DNA from: Felis catus
Lineage: Eukaryota
Reading direction: 5' to 3'
NCBI RefSeq assembly: GCF_018350175.1
Contig: NC_058368.1
Location: 102,674,001-102,738,000, forward strand
DNA length: 64,000 nt
In this document: in pieces, positions 10,271-23,931 of the stretch
How positions within the stretch are numbered: the stretch's first letter is position 1
Layout: every line of letters begins with the position of its first letter
The notes under the pieces: model-generated
The model's database searches: none
What the model was told of the DNA's origin: nothing
Seen by the model: the letters and a program-made list of their open reading frames with translations, nothing else
Made by a program: the position numbers and the translations under genes

Positions 10271-11920
10271 TTAGCTATTAATACAGATGCTATGAAAGCG
10301 TTCACTTGTGGTAATATATATATTTTTTTCCTGATGAGAATAAAATGAAACGTTGCTTGACGTGCCACTCCCCAGCACCGCCTCAAAATGTCCCAGATTT
10401 CTCTTAGACATTTTTTTATGTGGGCGCGCTATAAAATTTGAGAGATGAAACTGACAACCCCAGCAACCGCGTGTTGCTTGATCTCATACGGTGTGCCTTG
10501 CTGGGCTCCGTGTTCCGGAGGGGGGTCAGTCACAGTGCCGGTGATGTCACTCCCACCACCTCTGCAGAGATCGGTGCGGTTCCAGTCAGGGACGCGTATG
10601 GTAGCAATTTGCATCATGCTGAGCTATCCGAAACTTCTCTAATGTGTTCTTCCCCCGCCCCCCCCCCCCCCCCAGCAGCTCACTTCTAAAGTCTCGCAGC
10701 CCCCACGCTTGTTTTAAACTTCTCTCTCACTGCAGTCTGGGTCCCCGGAGAAAAGGAGGCACTCCCCAATCGAAGATTCCTGAGTGCTGCCCGCACCAGC
10801 TCTTTCTCTGGAAAGCGGTTTGGGATGTTGGCTCATAAAGAGCACAAAAATAAAAATAAAAACCACTGCTGTTCCCGTCCACTGTATTCACAAAGGGGAA
10901 TGGTACTGTTGCCCCACATACTGAATATTCATCAGAATTATGAGTAAAGGGCAATGCCGATCAGTTCGGAGCTCCGGCCTCTCTCTGTGGGTCTCAGTGC
11001 TGACAATTTTTCCAATGGCTTTTACGACATGGTACCTTCATGAATTTCGGGAATTTCGGGAATAGGAGTTTGTGTGGTCGTCCCTTTTGAAACATATCCC
11101 AGCGTCCCCGTGTATAGACCGGAAGGCTTAGCAGCGTGCTTGTTAACACATTCTTCCCAGTAATGGTAAAAACCATGTGGTTTGACTAAACGTGGATGAA
11201 GCTGTGCTTTTCAGGGTCCTCAGCCACGCTACTTCATGGGCTGCATGGCCAGGCTCAGTATGAGGGTGAGAAACAGCGATAGCTACCATTGGTAAAGGTG
11301 ACAAAGAATGCAGGGACAGTGGTCAGGATTCAAGTCAGTAACTGGAGTTGGATGAGATCTCAGAAGGTTAAAGACAAAAAGCACCAAAAGGGAATACATG
11401 GCAGGCTCACTGGGCATATGTGCCAAAAAACAGAACATGCTGCCTTCTAGGTCATGGGTTGAGTCCTGCCCAGCCCCTACCCCCACCCCGCCCCAGGTCA
11501 TCGGCATTATCTCCATCGTTGTCATTATCACTGAATTTCTCTCAAACCCGGAGAAGGGCTGTTGAGCAGGTGCGTCCGTGCCCCGGATTGCTCTACACCC
11601 TGAGTTATTTAGAGCTTGTTAACGGTGTCATCCGGCTTTTAATTGGTCAGCTGTCAAAAAACGTGGAAAATACTGAATCATCTCCCCGAGCGAAATTGGG
11701 GCTTCTGAGCTTGAGGCGCGTCCTACTGGGAAACAGTGGGGCTGGGACGAGTCAAAGGCCTCCCTCAATCCACTTACAGGGCTTCATGTCATCAGGGCGA
11801 CTCACCTGTCACTGTCCATATGGCGCCCGAGGCAAAGGGTTAGTGCTGCTGATGGTGACATAGCCTACAGCGGTGGCTGCAGCAATTAGCTGGGAGTCAC
11901 ATTGTATTTGCAGTTTGTTT

Positions 11921-11960
11921 GGATGGACGGATGGACAGACGGATGGATGGATGGATGGAA
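11921..11960. repeat. (GGAT/GGAC)n
   Basis: Direct observation. Confidence 0.9.
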
Positions 11961-12059
11961 GGAAGAAGCTGCGGGTCAACATCAGTTTTTTGGTCAGACT
12001 TGGCAGATAAAGAAATAAAAATATGACCACAACTCTTATTTAAATTTCAGCTATTATAA

Positions 12060-12292
12060 GGGCGCCTGGGGGAGGGGGGCTCAGTCGGTTGAGCGTCCGA
12101 CTTCCGCACAGATCACGATCTCACGGTTCGTGGGTTCAAGCCCCACGTCGGGCTCTGCGCCGACAGCTCAGAGCCTGGAGCCTGCTTCGGACTCTGTGTC
12201 TCCCTCTCTCTCTGCCCCTCCCACGCTCATGTTCTCTCTCTCTCTGTCTCTCAATAATAAATAAGCGTTAAAAAAATAAAAATAAATAAATG
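12060..12292 (+). mobile_element. CAN-SINE
   Basis: Full-length; TSD agctattata. Confidence 0.93.
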
Positions 12293-12536
12293 CAAGCTAT
12301 TATATAATCTTCAGTCTATGCGCCCTTGAATCCGTCCTTCTGTTTCTCAAGTCTTTCCTCCATAGAACTACATCCTGGAATCACAGACCACGTGAGCCTT
12401 ACTCTCCTCTGCATTGCCATGCACTGTCTGCATCAGGCTTCCTCCAGCACTATCAGGCACAGGGACAGAAGAGGAAGGAATGATAAAGGGAATCCAGGAA
12501 AGTGATTTAAGGACGATCTTAAAAAAAATGAACTCA

Positions 12537-12757
12537 GGGGCACCCGGGTGGCTCAATAGGTTAAGCATCTGACTCTTGATTTAGGCTCAGGTCATGATCT
12601 CCTCTGTTCGTGAGACTGAGGCCCTTGTCGAGCTCTGCGCTGACAAGTGTAGAGCCTGCATGGGATTCTCTCTCTCCCTCTCTCTCTGCCCCTCTCCTGC
12701 TTGTGCATGCATGTGTGCATACTGGCTGTCTCTCTCAAAATAAACATTAAAAAAAAA
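12537..12757 (+). mobile_element. CAN-SINE
   Basis: TSD aaaaaaaatgaactca. Confidence 0.93.
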
Positions 12758-12929
12758 TGAACTCAAATAATGGGCAGAGGTAAAAGGGTAAAGAAAAAAA
12801 ATAGAAAGTGTACTGAAAGTCGCAACGTGAAGAAAATTTACAGAACAGAGAATGATACAGCAAAGCCCCAGAAGGTCTTAAAAGACGCAGAAAGGAAAAG
12901 GGAGAGATAGTACATCTAAATGCAGGGCG

Positions 12930-13484
12930 TTATAACGGATGCCCCAGCCACTCCATTTCTGGTTATCATCCCAAAAGAAGGGAAACACGTCCACACAAAT
13001 GTTCAAAGCAGCATTATTCATAATAACCCCAATCCAGAAATGACTCAAATAATCATCAACTGACAAATGGGTAAACAAAATATGGTAAATCCATAGAATA
13101 GAATATTATACTCAATGATGAAAGGGAGTAGGTATTGATCTACACAACAATAGGATGAATATTGAAAACAAAGCATTATGTTAAGTGAATGAAGTTAACC
13201 CCATATTGTATTTGTTGTATTTTATACTTATGATGTTCATGTGACATGTCCAGAATACCCAAATCCATAGAGATTGAAGGTAGGTTGGTAGATTAGAGCT
13301 GGGATAGAGAGGGAATAGGGAATAACCCTTCAGGGGTATGGGATTTCTTCGTGGGGGTGGGGAAAATGTTCTCAAAGTAGACAGTGGTGGTGATTATACA
13401 ACTCTGAAAATAGTAAAGACCACTGAAATTCACACTTGAAAATGGTGAATTTTATGGTATGTGAATTACATCTCAATAAGGCTA
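12930..13484 (+). mobile_element. Old L1 (L1MB/MC-like) 3' end
   Basis: 'aatgttcaaagcagcattattcataat..' through 'aaaatggtgaattttatggtatgtgaattacatctcaataa'. Confidence 0.8.
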
Positions 13485-13701
13485 TTTTTTTAAATTCATG
13501 TTTTGATTTTGAGAGAGTGCGCACACATACGTTCGCGTGAATGGGGGAGGGGCAGAGAGCAAGGGAGAGAGAAAACCCCAAGTATGTTGCATTCTGTCAG
13601 TGCAGAGCTCACCGTGGGTCTTGAACCTACAAACCATGAGATGGTGACCTGAGCCAAGATCAGAAGTCCGATGCTTAACCGACTGAGCCACCCAGGCGCT
13701 C
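13485..13701 (-). mobile_element. CAN-SINE
   Basis: TSD tcaataaggctatt / tcaataaagctgtt. Confidence 0.9.
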
Positions 13702-14894
13702 TTCAATAAAGCTGTTATTACATAAAACCCATTGTATTATTTCTCTTCAAGTTTCCAAGGTCTTCGACATGGATGGGCCCTGGAAGGAGGCCTGAGGCAT
13801 GGACAAAGGGGAAGGAAAAGAGGGAAAAAAGAAAGGTCGGGAGGAGTTTGATAGAGAAGAAAAAGCAATAGAGGAAAGACTTCCGGTGAAGCTTGGTCAA
13901 CTGCAAGGAACAGAGACTCCCGTTAACTCAACAGCAGGGTCCACTGGGAAAGGAACTCAGAGGAGACCTCGCAATGACAAAGCCCAAGGCACAAAGGCAG
14001 TTCTTGCCAACGGCTCTGCCAGCATGGTGTTTCACGAAGTTTCTATTTCTCTCTGTGTATCCGATCCATTTGTTCTCTAACATCTGACTTTCTCTGCCTT
14101 CTCCTAACTTCAGCCTACAGATAACGCTGACATACAATGTCGCTTTCAAACGTGACTCTACGTCACAGCATTCTCAAAACAGTCGTTGCCCTCTGCTTCA
14201 GTGGGTGTATGATGCATTCCCCACATCCTGATTCGCCTGTTCTAAGACAAGATCCCAATTCGTTCACATCAGATGGGCGAGTCAAAACCTGGATCATGGG
14301 ATCATGGGCAACTAGCCAGTCTACACTGACACTCTTTGAATCTTGGGACTTTCCAGAAAAGAATCAGCATTCATGGGGAAGAGAACAGTGGGCGTAGCTG
14401 GTTCATAAAAGGGCACCGTAGGCTGGAGGGAAGACAGAGGGGAGAGAGTGAGAGAGGCATTTTGGTAAGGGACACTGTGGATGAGCAGTGGAAAACCTTC
14501 CCAGCACTCTAGGGAGAGGAGAGGTACATAGGAGGCTATGTCACCGCCCCAGCCAAATGAGAACCGTCCTTAGGAAATGTCAAGTTTTTGCTTTATCCAC
14601 CATCAGAGGAATATATTAGCCATGTTAGGGTATTAGTTTGGACCTAATTTCTGTATTTTTTTGCCAGAAGATAGTTGTAAAGAAGCTGAATACAGTTTCT
14701 TCCCTCGTTTTTGGAAGACTCAAGATCTCCCTGTAACTATTGAAATAATCGAAAGACAACAAATAACAAGGTTTTGGAATGGAATCCAAGCAACTAGTAT
14801 CCAGTATTTGCTAAAAAATAAAATTCTATTCCACATGTTACCTCACGGATAAGGGCCTGGCTAACATAATTATTGCATATAAAAACTCTACGCT

Positions 14895-15258
14895 TTCAAT
14901 GAGACTTCTAGGTGTATATGCTAAGGAATTAGAAGTCGAGGCTCAAACAGATACTTGTGCAACAGTGTTAGCGTTATTCACGACAGCCAAAAGGTGGAAA
15001 CAACCCCGACGTCCACCAAACGGACGAATGGATGCATACAACAAAATGTGTTATGTACAGATGATGGCATATCATTCCGCCTCATAAAAGGACTGAAATT
15101 CGGATATACGCTATACTATGGATAAATCTTGAAAACATTATGCTAAGGGAAAGAAGGCAAACACAAAGGGACTCATAGTGAATGATTCCACTTATACGAC
15201 ATACCTAGCAAGGCAAATTCGAAGACAGAAAGTAGGATAGAGATCACCAGAGGCTGGG
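14895..15258 (+). mobile_element. L1MB-like 3' fragment
   Basis: 'gccaaaaggtggaaacaacccc..cttgaaaacattatgctaaggg..atgattccacttatacga'. Confidence 0.8.
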
Positions 15259-15465
15259 GTGTTCTGATCCATTTGGGCTGCTATAAGAAAACACCACAGA
15301 GTGGCTTATAACCAATAGAAATTTATTTTTTTTGCAGTTCTGGAGGCTACAATTCCAAGATCAGGGTGTTACCTGCATGGTCAAGGGAGGGCCCTCTTCT
15401 CTGGCAGGTCATAGCCTTCTTGTACCCTCATACAGCGGGAGGGGCGAGGGAGCTCTCTGGGGACA
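15259..15465. mobile_element. MLT1A/MST-like MaLR LTR fragment
   Basis: 'tttgggctgctataagaaaacaccacag..gcagttctggaggct..tccaagatcaggg'. Confidence 0.7.
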
Positions 15466-16306
15466 CACACACACACACACAAGAATAGGAAGCACAATAA
15501 AAACTATATATTGTGCATGAGTGTTTCTTGGTGAAGATAATTTCATTTTTCGTGAAATTATTGCAAAGCTGTAATTCCCATTAGATCTTCTTACAGACAT
15601 GTTGGGGTAGAAATAAGAATAAAGGTGCCTCATCCCCACGTGTATTTGCTTTGCTGCCCAGTGACCACGGCACGAAGCTACACAGGGTTTTTTTTTTTTT
15701 GACACACATACAATAACCCCCTTTAGTCTCATCAAAATATCAGGCCCTGCGTGGAATCTTGATAATTACATTACTGTGAAAGCATCTAAATTGTTGCATA
15801 TCGTAACGTGTTCCCTTTAGAAAAAAAAATTACTTATTCCAGTTTTTCCACTATTTTTGTTTTTATATATCATAGTGTTTGGGAGGCTTACCTGAAATTG
15901 TTCAAGATACACATTTTTAGTTATTAAAACAAGGAGCCGTGGGAATCAGGCAGAAGGTACGGATTTCCTGTCTCTGCTCCCATCCCTGATTCTAGGCCAT
16001 TACTTTCCTTTGAACGATGTGGTTTTCTTGTAATAAAAATGAAATGTAACTCACTTAGATATGGTTTCTGGCTCTTCACTGAAGAGGCTCTTTATGAAGA
16101 AGAAATAGTAGGAGCTTGAAATTTTAAAATAAAGGTTGGGAAGATATTGGAGCTCGCCTGTACAAAGTTCGTCAACTGCCCTCCGTAAGGGTTGACCCAC
16201 ATGGGCTTTTATGGTTGAGTGGACAGACGCAGACCTTTGAGAACAGGCAGGCTGGCCAAGATCTAGTGCTTCTGGGAGCAGCAGAGCTTAAATACTCTAA
16301 ATTTTC

Positions 16307-16497
16307 TTTTAATTTAATTTTTTAAAGTTTATGTATGTATGTATGTATTTTAAGCGAGAGCGAGGGAGAGAGAGAATCCTAAGCAGGCTCTGCTCTGTCA
16401 GCACAGAGCCCGACGCGGGGCTCAAACCTAAAAACCTTGAGATCGTGACCTGATCCCAAAGTCAGAAGCTTAACCGACTGAGCCACCCAGGCGCCCC
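16307..16497 (-). mobile_element. CAN-SINE
   Basis: Ends gccacccaggcgcccc; TSD ~ctaaatt(t/tg)cttttaattt. Confidence 0.92.
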
Positions 16498-17069
16498 TAA
16501 ATTTGCTTTTAATTTTAATGGTGGTTATATTTATTACCTTTGTGTACACACTTCTGTTTTGTTGTTTGTGTTCTTCTGGAAACCTCTGGCGTGAAGTGAG
16601 CCTTCAGTAGCCCAACACTATTTTCCTTTTCTTTCTAGCTCATTCCTCTCCTGCCCCCTTCCCCTCCACCCTGCCCACAGCCAAAGAACACTTTCCTGCT
16701 GAGAAATTTTTAAAGTCACCACACAGCTCTAGCAAATGAGGGCTGTCAGAGTTTTTGGATGAGAAAATCTACCGCAGCTCACACAGATCTAGGCGTTGAT
16801 CGTGGTTAATTGACAGCCGGAAGGACTTGGTCTCCTGGCGGAGTTAGAGGGAGGGGGCGAGCCCTGTGGGTTTCATTTGGGCAGAGATAAAACAGGTTTT
16901 TATTCAGTACTCATGGAGAGAGCGTAATTAACCTTTTAGAAGTTTAAGGATGATCAAATTGTTATTCATTTTGCAAATGAGAAGAGAGAGCTTCCCTTCC
17001 TGCCAGCAAAATGCCAGGGCCGATTTCAAGGTCACTGGATGATCTCTTTGAGGGAAAAGAAAGCAATAA

Positions 17070-17083
17070 ACACATACACGCAG

Positions 17084-17113
<30 letters not shown>
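17070..17113. repeat. (CG)n(CA)n microsatellite
   Basis: Direct observation. Confidence 0.9.
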
Positions 17114-17116
<3 letters not shown>

Positions 17117-17643
17117 CCCCCAACCCACAGATTTAGAAATGTCACCCCGAAAACGTTCAGGAATGAAAAAGAACAAATGTTCTTTTCTATCAAGCTCCAC
17201 AGTGAAAATGAGAGCTAATGTTTGCCGCACATTCACAAGGGCCTACTGGATTGGAATGGCGCTACCCTTGTCAGAGAAAACAGGATATATGACTCCAGCT
17301 GGTAACTCCTATGCTCTGGTATGTTCTGATGTTTATTTAGAGGATGGGGGAAGGGGTTTTTGACGTCCAGGCATGTTTTAAAGATGGCGTGCATAACGTT
17401 GCTACCACATGAGAACTCTGTGGTGTAAATAATGAACTCTGTTTCTTCAAGATTTTTTTTTTTAAAAGGATTTCGCCAAGTCTATGCATGAAAGGAAGTG
17501 GTTTTCACCAGGCATCACGCTTTAAAGATGACTATGTTTGTTATGTGAATGACCTTATTTTGCAGCTATGGGCTTTGCCACATCACAGGCAACACTATTC
17601 ACGAGTGCTTAGGAAAAGAACACTCTGTGGCAGTTCTCTTCTT

Positions 17644-17695
<52 letters not shown>

Positions 17696-17700
17696 AAAGA
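17644..17700. repeat. (AAAG)n tetranucleotide STR
   Basis: About 13 perfect units. Confidence 0.97.
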
Positions 17701-17840
17701 AGAAAACTCAAAACTGTGTGATAATTTCAAACATACAGAAAAACTGCAACGATACTACAAAGAACATATAACAGTACAAAGTATACCTTTAAGCAGATTC
17801 CCTAGTTTTTAACATTTTTGTCACTTGCTTTAATATTCTT

Positions 17841-18051
17841 GGGGCGCCTGGGAGGCTCAGTCGGTTAAGCAGCCGACTTCGGCTCAGGTCATCGTCTTGC
17901 AGTTTGTGAGTTCGAGCCCCGCCTCGGGCTCTGTGCTGACAGCTCAGAGTCTGGAGCCTGTTTCAGATTCTGTGTCTCCCTCTCTCTCTGACCCTCCCCC
18001 GTTCATGCTCTGTCTCTCTCTGTCTCAAAAATAAATAAACGTTAAAAAAAA
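17841..18051 (+). mobile_element. CAN-SINE
   Basis: Full-length; TSD tttaat(a)ttctt. Confidence 0.94.
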
Positions 18052-18098
18052 TTTAATATTCTTTCCCCCTCTATATATTATGTAGAAATTTTCTTTCT

Positions 18099-18102
<4 letters not shown>

Positions 18103-18134
<32 letters not shown>

Positions 18135-18160
18135 TTGATATATATATATATATATACACA
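18103..18160. repeat. (TA)n
   Basis: Direct observation. Confidence 0.95.
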
Positions 18161-19007
18161 CATGTACCTACTATATAAGCTATTTATATTTTTACTCTAT
18201 TGCATAATGAGGATGAGTTAAAGCCACACATAAGACATACATATGCATATAATTATTGTGTGATTCATTTTCCTGAACCATTGAAGAACACAGGGCAGAC
18301 AGAGTGTCTCCTTACCCTTAAATACCGCATTGTGTATTTCCTAAGAAGAGGGATATTTATTCACATACCAATGATACAATGGTCAAAATGAGGAAGCTGA
18401 ACACTGATAGAAGACCATTATCTAATCTACGGATCTTTATTCAAATTCTCCCAATGGCCCCAGTGATGCCTTTGTAGTAAATTACCCCCCAGGTCTGAAT
18501 CTAGTTTCGGATCTTGCATTTTACTTAGTTATGATTCATCTGGAATGTGTCCTTAATCTTGCTTTGTCCTTCACGATATTGTTTTGAAGAGCACAGATCA
18601 AAAATTGGGAAGACGAAAAACAAAAGAGCACAGACCATTTGTTTTGTCAAATATCTCTCTGGGTTTATCTGAGGTTGCGGTAGAATAAGATTCAGGATAT
18701 TCATTCAACCCTTTGAATTCCTAATAACAAACTCATAGAGAATTTCTTGTCGGGTAAGCGGTGTGGGGTATTGTGTCCTCTTCCCGTGATGCTGTTCGTC
18801 TCGTCCTCGGTGATCCTAAATTGGGTAAGGCGGTCCTTGCCAGGGGTCTTCCATTGTGTAGTTGTTCTTTTCCCCTTTACGATTAATTAGTAAATTGTGG
18901 GGAGAGTCTCTTTTTCTTTGTGGGCTTTGCCGTAAGGAAAACAAGCTGCAGGGAGCTGTTCCCAGGTATTTTAAGAGGAGGCTACATAAGATTTCTTAAA
19001 TAGTTTC

Positions 19008-19232
19008 GGGGCGCCTGGGTGGCGCAGTCGGTTAAGCGTCCGACTTCAGCCAGGTCACGATCTCGCGGTCCGTGAGTTCGAGCCCCGCGTGGGGCTCTGG
19101 GCTGATGGCTAGGAGCCTGGAGCCTGTTTCCAATTCTGTGTCTCCCTCTCTCTCTGCCCCTCCCCCGTTCATGCTCTGTCTCTCTCTGTCCCAAAAATAA
19201 ATAAACGTTGAAAAAAAAAATTAAAAAAAAAA
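19008..19232 (+). mobile_element. Young SINEC_Fc
   Basis: 19-bp perfect TSD aagatttcttaaatagttt at 18988-19006 and 19232-19250. Confidence 0.97.
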
Positions 19233-19776
19233 AGATTTCTTAAATAGTTTAGAAAGTATGTTGACCAGACATACCTGGATTTTGTTTTTTCTCCCTCTGT
19301 GGTGTATAACCCTGTACAGAATCAATCAGGACTCTTTCCCTTCTATGGCCTCATCCGAAACTCAAAACTCATTATTTGCTGACAAAATAATCAGGGAACT
19401 CTCCTCCTCCCCGCAGCACTTTTCGAGAAGGAATGTGACCGGTATACAAAGGAAATATTCAAATGGAGTAGGAATGAGAGATGAGGGGGAAACCCATAAA
19501 TGCTAAGAGCATAATAATGATGGGTTACAAGGTCTTCCCACGTAAATTACAGGTGCACAGACTCTGCTTAGCCCTTTCAACCGAGACAGGTCCTAAGTCA
19601 TTCATTTCTCCCCATCACATTACTCTTACTTCCTTCTATTGTTTTCCGTTCCAGGGGGAACCGTGGCATCTTCCTGCAGGAAACACGCTCAGTCAAGCTG
19701 ACACAAGGTTTATTATCAGTTTCCTCAAATTGTCTTAGTCATATTGTTGAGAACATTTTAAAAAGTAAATAGTCTC

Positions 19777-19960
19777 GGGGCGCCTGGGTGGTTCGGTTGG
19801 TTAAGTATCCAACTCTTGATTTCGGCTCAGGTCGCGATCTCATGGTTTGTGGATTTGAGTCCCGCACTGGGCTCTGTGCTGACAGCACGGAGCCTGCTTG
19901 GGATTCTCTCTCTTCCCCTCTCCCGCCCCAAATAAATACACAAACTTAAAAAAAAAAAAA
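19777..19960 (+). mobile_element. CAN-SINE
   Basis: Head and tail present. Confidence 0.9.
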
Positions 19961-20853
19961 GTAGTCTTACAGAGATGTTGGAAGATGAAAAAATAAAGTT
20001 GATCTGCTAACGGAAGACATGTGTGGGTGTGCGATCTACACTGTGGATCAAACTCAGTGCTGAGGAGAAACACAACCCCTCGGGGCACTGAGACCTAAGA
20101 GAAGTTGCCCAGCAGGTCCTCACGAAAAACACACTTGATAAAGAATTCCAGAACGCCCGTGGCAGCATCCCTACAGGAAAGCAGCAAATGAGTTACAGGG
20201 CTGTTTCTTACGAGGTCTCCTCAGTGTGGCTGGGTGCCTAATGTCAAAGCACAGTGGGTAAAAAGAAATCAGAGCCAGTTGACAATGCTCTCTGTAGTGT
20301 GGTTTACTCCAAGGTTAACTTGCAGACTATCTAAAGCAGTATCTCCAAATGTCCTTTTTATCTTCCTCAGCCACGTCCTCGGATCTGTCAGATGGGAATG
20401 ATAAAGCTTTCTCATCGATGGCGGGGAGGGTTGCGTGAGGTAAACCGATGGGAACCACAAAATAACAAAGCCCGTAAATGTTAGGAGAAGAAATTAACAA
20501 ATGGAACTTATTCTTCTTCTTCTTGTTTTTCAGGGGCGAAAAAAAAAGACTGAATGAATAATCAAAGCTCCAAAGAGAACATGTCCACAGGAATTTAGCT
20601 GGATTTTTTTTTTTTTTTAAGCTGGAAAATTTTTAAGCAGTTTTACTACTCCGTGCCATGACCCAGGCCACGAGAAATGATCTTTGTAAATGATCTAGCA
20701 AATGTCTAGTTTTGTGTGATTCATCTTTCTAGTAAACCAGGAAAGGCAGCATATAAAATATGTCCCTAGATGACTTAGAACGCTTGTTGTTCAGGATTCT
20801 TAGCTATAACCCAGTTATGTTTCTGCTTGGGCGCTGGAAAAGCACACAATTTT

Positions 20854-21039
20854 CAGTGGTTCTCAAAGTGTGGCAATGAAACAGCCAGCATCAGCACCAT
20901 CTGGGAACTTGTTAGATATGCAAAATCTCAGCCCTATCCTGGATCTACTGAATCAGAGCTGGGGGTGGGGACTCAGCAATTTGCATCCTAACAACCCCTG
21001 CAGATGATTTGATGTTGGCTAACGTTTGAGAATCCCCGG
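20854..21039. mobile_element. MER5A hAT-Charlie MITE
   Basis: 'cagtggttctcaaagtgtgg..gcatcagcaccatctgggaacttgttagatatgcaaa..ctactgaatcagag..tttgagaatcccc'. Confidence 0.85.
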
Positions 21040-21623
21040 TCTTGCGCTGTAACTAAATAATCATCTATTAAAGCTTCTCGCAGACTATGAGGCCCCTGCC
21101 CCCAAATCCCATTGTCACATGGAAGGATGTTTAGTTTTCCTTCACTATGGAGAAGTAGGAGGCACCGCATCCGGCTTATGAGAGTGATATTATGAAGGTC
21201 TGTCACTAAACTCAAGGTTACAATGACGGGGGATCAGACTACATGTACCCTTAATTTATCCCGGTGGAAAGTGTGGTAACTCTTGACTCGGCCTTTGATA
21301 TTGGCTTGGCCTAAAACTGGTTTCTATTTACAGATTAAAGGCTGAAGGACACTCAGTGAAGCTGTACGTGATTCTATAAAAATACCCTTCGTGTATATCA
21401 GAACAGCAGTACTCAACCAACTTTTCCTCGTGTGCTGGGCAAGGACACTGAGAGGTCGCGCATGTGCTGAGAGGAACGGAGGAAGTGTACGTCTGATCTG
21501 CGTGTCGTGCTGATGCTTGAGCTGTAATTGGACTCCTTTCTCTTCCAAGGAGCAAGGCATAGTGAAACACAGTCACGAGTGTGCTATATTGTAAGATAAC
21601 TCTGGAATCCCAACTGATCTACA

Positions 21624-21910
21624 TTTTTTAAAAATGTTATTTCAGAGAGAGAGAGAGAGAGAGAACGAGAGCGTGTGTATGTGTACATGCGGGGGAGAGG
21701 TAGAGGGAAAATCTTAAGCAGGCTCCACGCTCAACATGGGCTGATGCAAGCTTAATCCCACAACCCTGGGATCCCGACCTGAGCCGAAATCCAGAGTCAG
21801 AGGCTCAACCAGCTGAGCCTCAGGGGCCCCTCATTTACATCTTTTAAAATGTTTATTGCTTTATTTTGAGAGAGAGGAGCGGAGTGTGTGCACATGAGCA
21901 GGGGTGAGGC

Positions 21911-21950
<40 letters not shown>

Positions 21951-22079
21951 CGAATCCCGAGCAGGTTCCATGCATCAGCACAGGGTCCGACGCAGGGTTC
22001 GAACCCACAAACCGTGAGATCATGACCTGAACTGAAATGAAGGGTCAGACACTTAACTGCTGAGCTATCCAGACACCCC
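21624..22079 (-). mobile_element. Two tandem CAN-SINEs (21624-21830, 21842-22079)
   Basis: Two reverse-complement SINE bodies with (GA)n tracts. Confidence 0.9.
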
Positions 22080-23694
22080 TCTACATGTTTATTAATTGAC
22101 TCCTTTGTAACCTCTGGTACTTTATGAAGAGTAACAAATTTCTAGCAGCACCCACATAAACCAACATCACTTTGTAGAACTACGCCAGTGCATTTAGGCA
22201 CAAACGGGGTCTGAGCAGCAAGGTACAGACCTTATTGTAATTTTTTTTTTCTTTATCAGACGCTCAGTCTTCCTGTGCATATACTCAGATTGCTAAGTAC
22301 TGGAGAGGACGCAGAATTCAGATTCCCACATAGAGACAGGGGAGGAAAATGAACACTTTTTCTCATGTGCGGTGAATATTTAAAGCGAAGAACATGCTAA
22401 CCAGAGAGAAGAATTTGGAAAAAGTGGGGGTGGGGGAGGAAGGGGTAATATTTGCAATTTTCACAACAGTCAAATCATTCTGTCATCCCAAGGAACCTGG
22501 TTCCCCCTGCACACCCCGGAGTCAAACTGCCGCGGTCGAGAATAAAAACGCAGATGGTAATGACCGTGTATACATGGGTGCCTCATCAGGTGCACGCTTT
22601 AAAGACAGATCTTGAACCATGATGTCGGGCAGCGTGGGAAAAAGTGGGTAACTCCCTAAATCTAATTGCCTTTCCGTTTAGGCTAAACGTTCAACAGTAA
22701 ATTTTTGGAAACAACAGCTTACTTTTAGTTCCAAATTTGGCTCATTTAGCTAAATGTCATATCTATTTCAAAAAAGAAGAATGAACGACTGGCTATCTTC
22801 AAACTCGCAGGAGGCTTTTAAGGTTTTCCATTTTTAAAAACTTATTTAGTTTTTACAATATGAAAATTATAGACAGAGTGACATTTAAACCTTTGCTTTT
22901 CATAGCATTTCACACTTAGACCATTTTAAAAGACAGCTATTAACATTTACAAAAATCTTTCAGAAACCAAATGTTCTAACATGCAGAATTCCAATTATAC
23001 TGTGTAAGAGGGTTATCAACCATTCTTCTACAAGAATACTTTGAAGGGTCTGGTATTAAACCACGAGCTAAAATGTCAGTTGCACATAGACAATAAATTA
23101 GGGTTTATAAAATCTTGTAAGATTTATTTAATATTACAATTTTGACCTTTAGGCTGTCCTCACCATAGCTTACTTAACTTTCTCTCTCTCTTTCTCTCCC
23201 TCCCTCTCTCCCTCTTATCCCTGGCATCTTACTTGAATGTTAAACAAAGCTTGTGTTGCAAGTTACAAGAAGTTATGTGACTCGTTCACGCTCTGGGTGA
23301 ACTCCCTCATGCCTCCCGGCTCCTCTTGGTTGGGGTCCGGGAATCCTGGGAGGCACTGCCCACTTCTCCACACAACACACTAGTGGGGTCATCCCTGGAA
23401 TGTTAACCCCTCGAGGGGAACGTTAACAGCAGGCCGCCTCGTCCAGGAGCAGGAAGTCCGTCTACCTCTTCGAGGACTGATGCTTTGAAAATAAGCCTGA
23501 GGAGGTAAGGACCCCACTCAGACTTCCCAACTATTTAGCCAGAGAGATAAAAGGCAGTGGTGTTTACATTTATTGCGCTCACCATTCGGGATGAGATGTG
23601 CTGGAATGTGCAAAAAGAATGATCAAAAGAAATTCTGATCATTCCCACTGAGCTGAGGAAGCGTCAGGTAATTTCCTACCGAGGATGGGCTCTA

Positions 23695-23931
23695 GGGGCA
23701 CCTGGGTGGTTCAGTGGCTTGAGCGTCCGACTTCAGCTCAGGACACCGAGTCGCGGTTCACGGGTTTGAGCCCCGCGTCAACTCAGAGCCTGGAGCCTGC
23801 TCAGATTCTGCATCTCCTCCACTCTCTGCCCCTCCCATACTCATGTTCTGTCTCTCTCTGTCTCTCAATAATGAATAAACGGGAAAAAAATTTTTTTTAA
23901 ATACACATTTATTAAAAAAAAAAAAAAAAAA
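23695..23931 (+). mobile_element. CAN-SINE
   Basis: TSD aggatgggct(c/g)tag. Confidence 0.92.

Larger units (their letters stand above)
17712..18905 (-). mobile_element. Ancient L1MC4/5-like 3' region, interrupted by a SINE and (TA)n
   Basis: 'ataatttcaaacatacagaaaaactgcaa', 'cccttaaataccgcattgtgtatttcctaagaa', 'attatctaatctacggatc'. Confidence 0.65.

Noticed and set aside
10420..10680. Possible CpG island or promoter
   Set aside because: Only a short, modest CpG enrichment plus a C homopolymer; no supporting structure.
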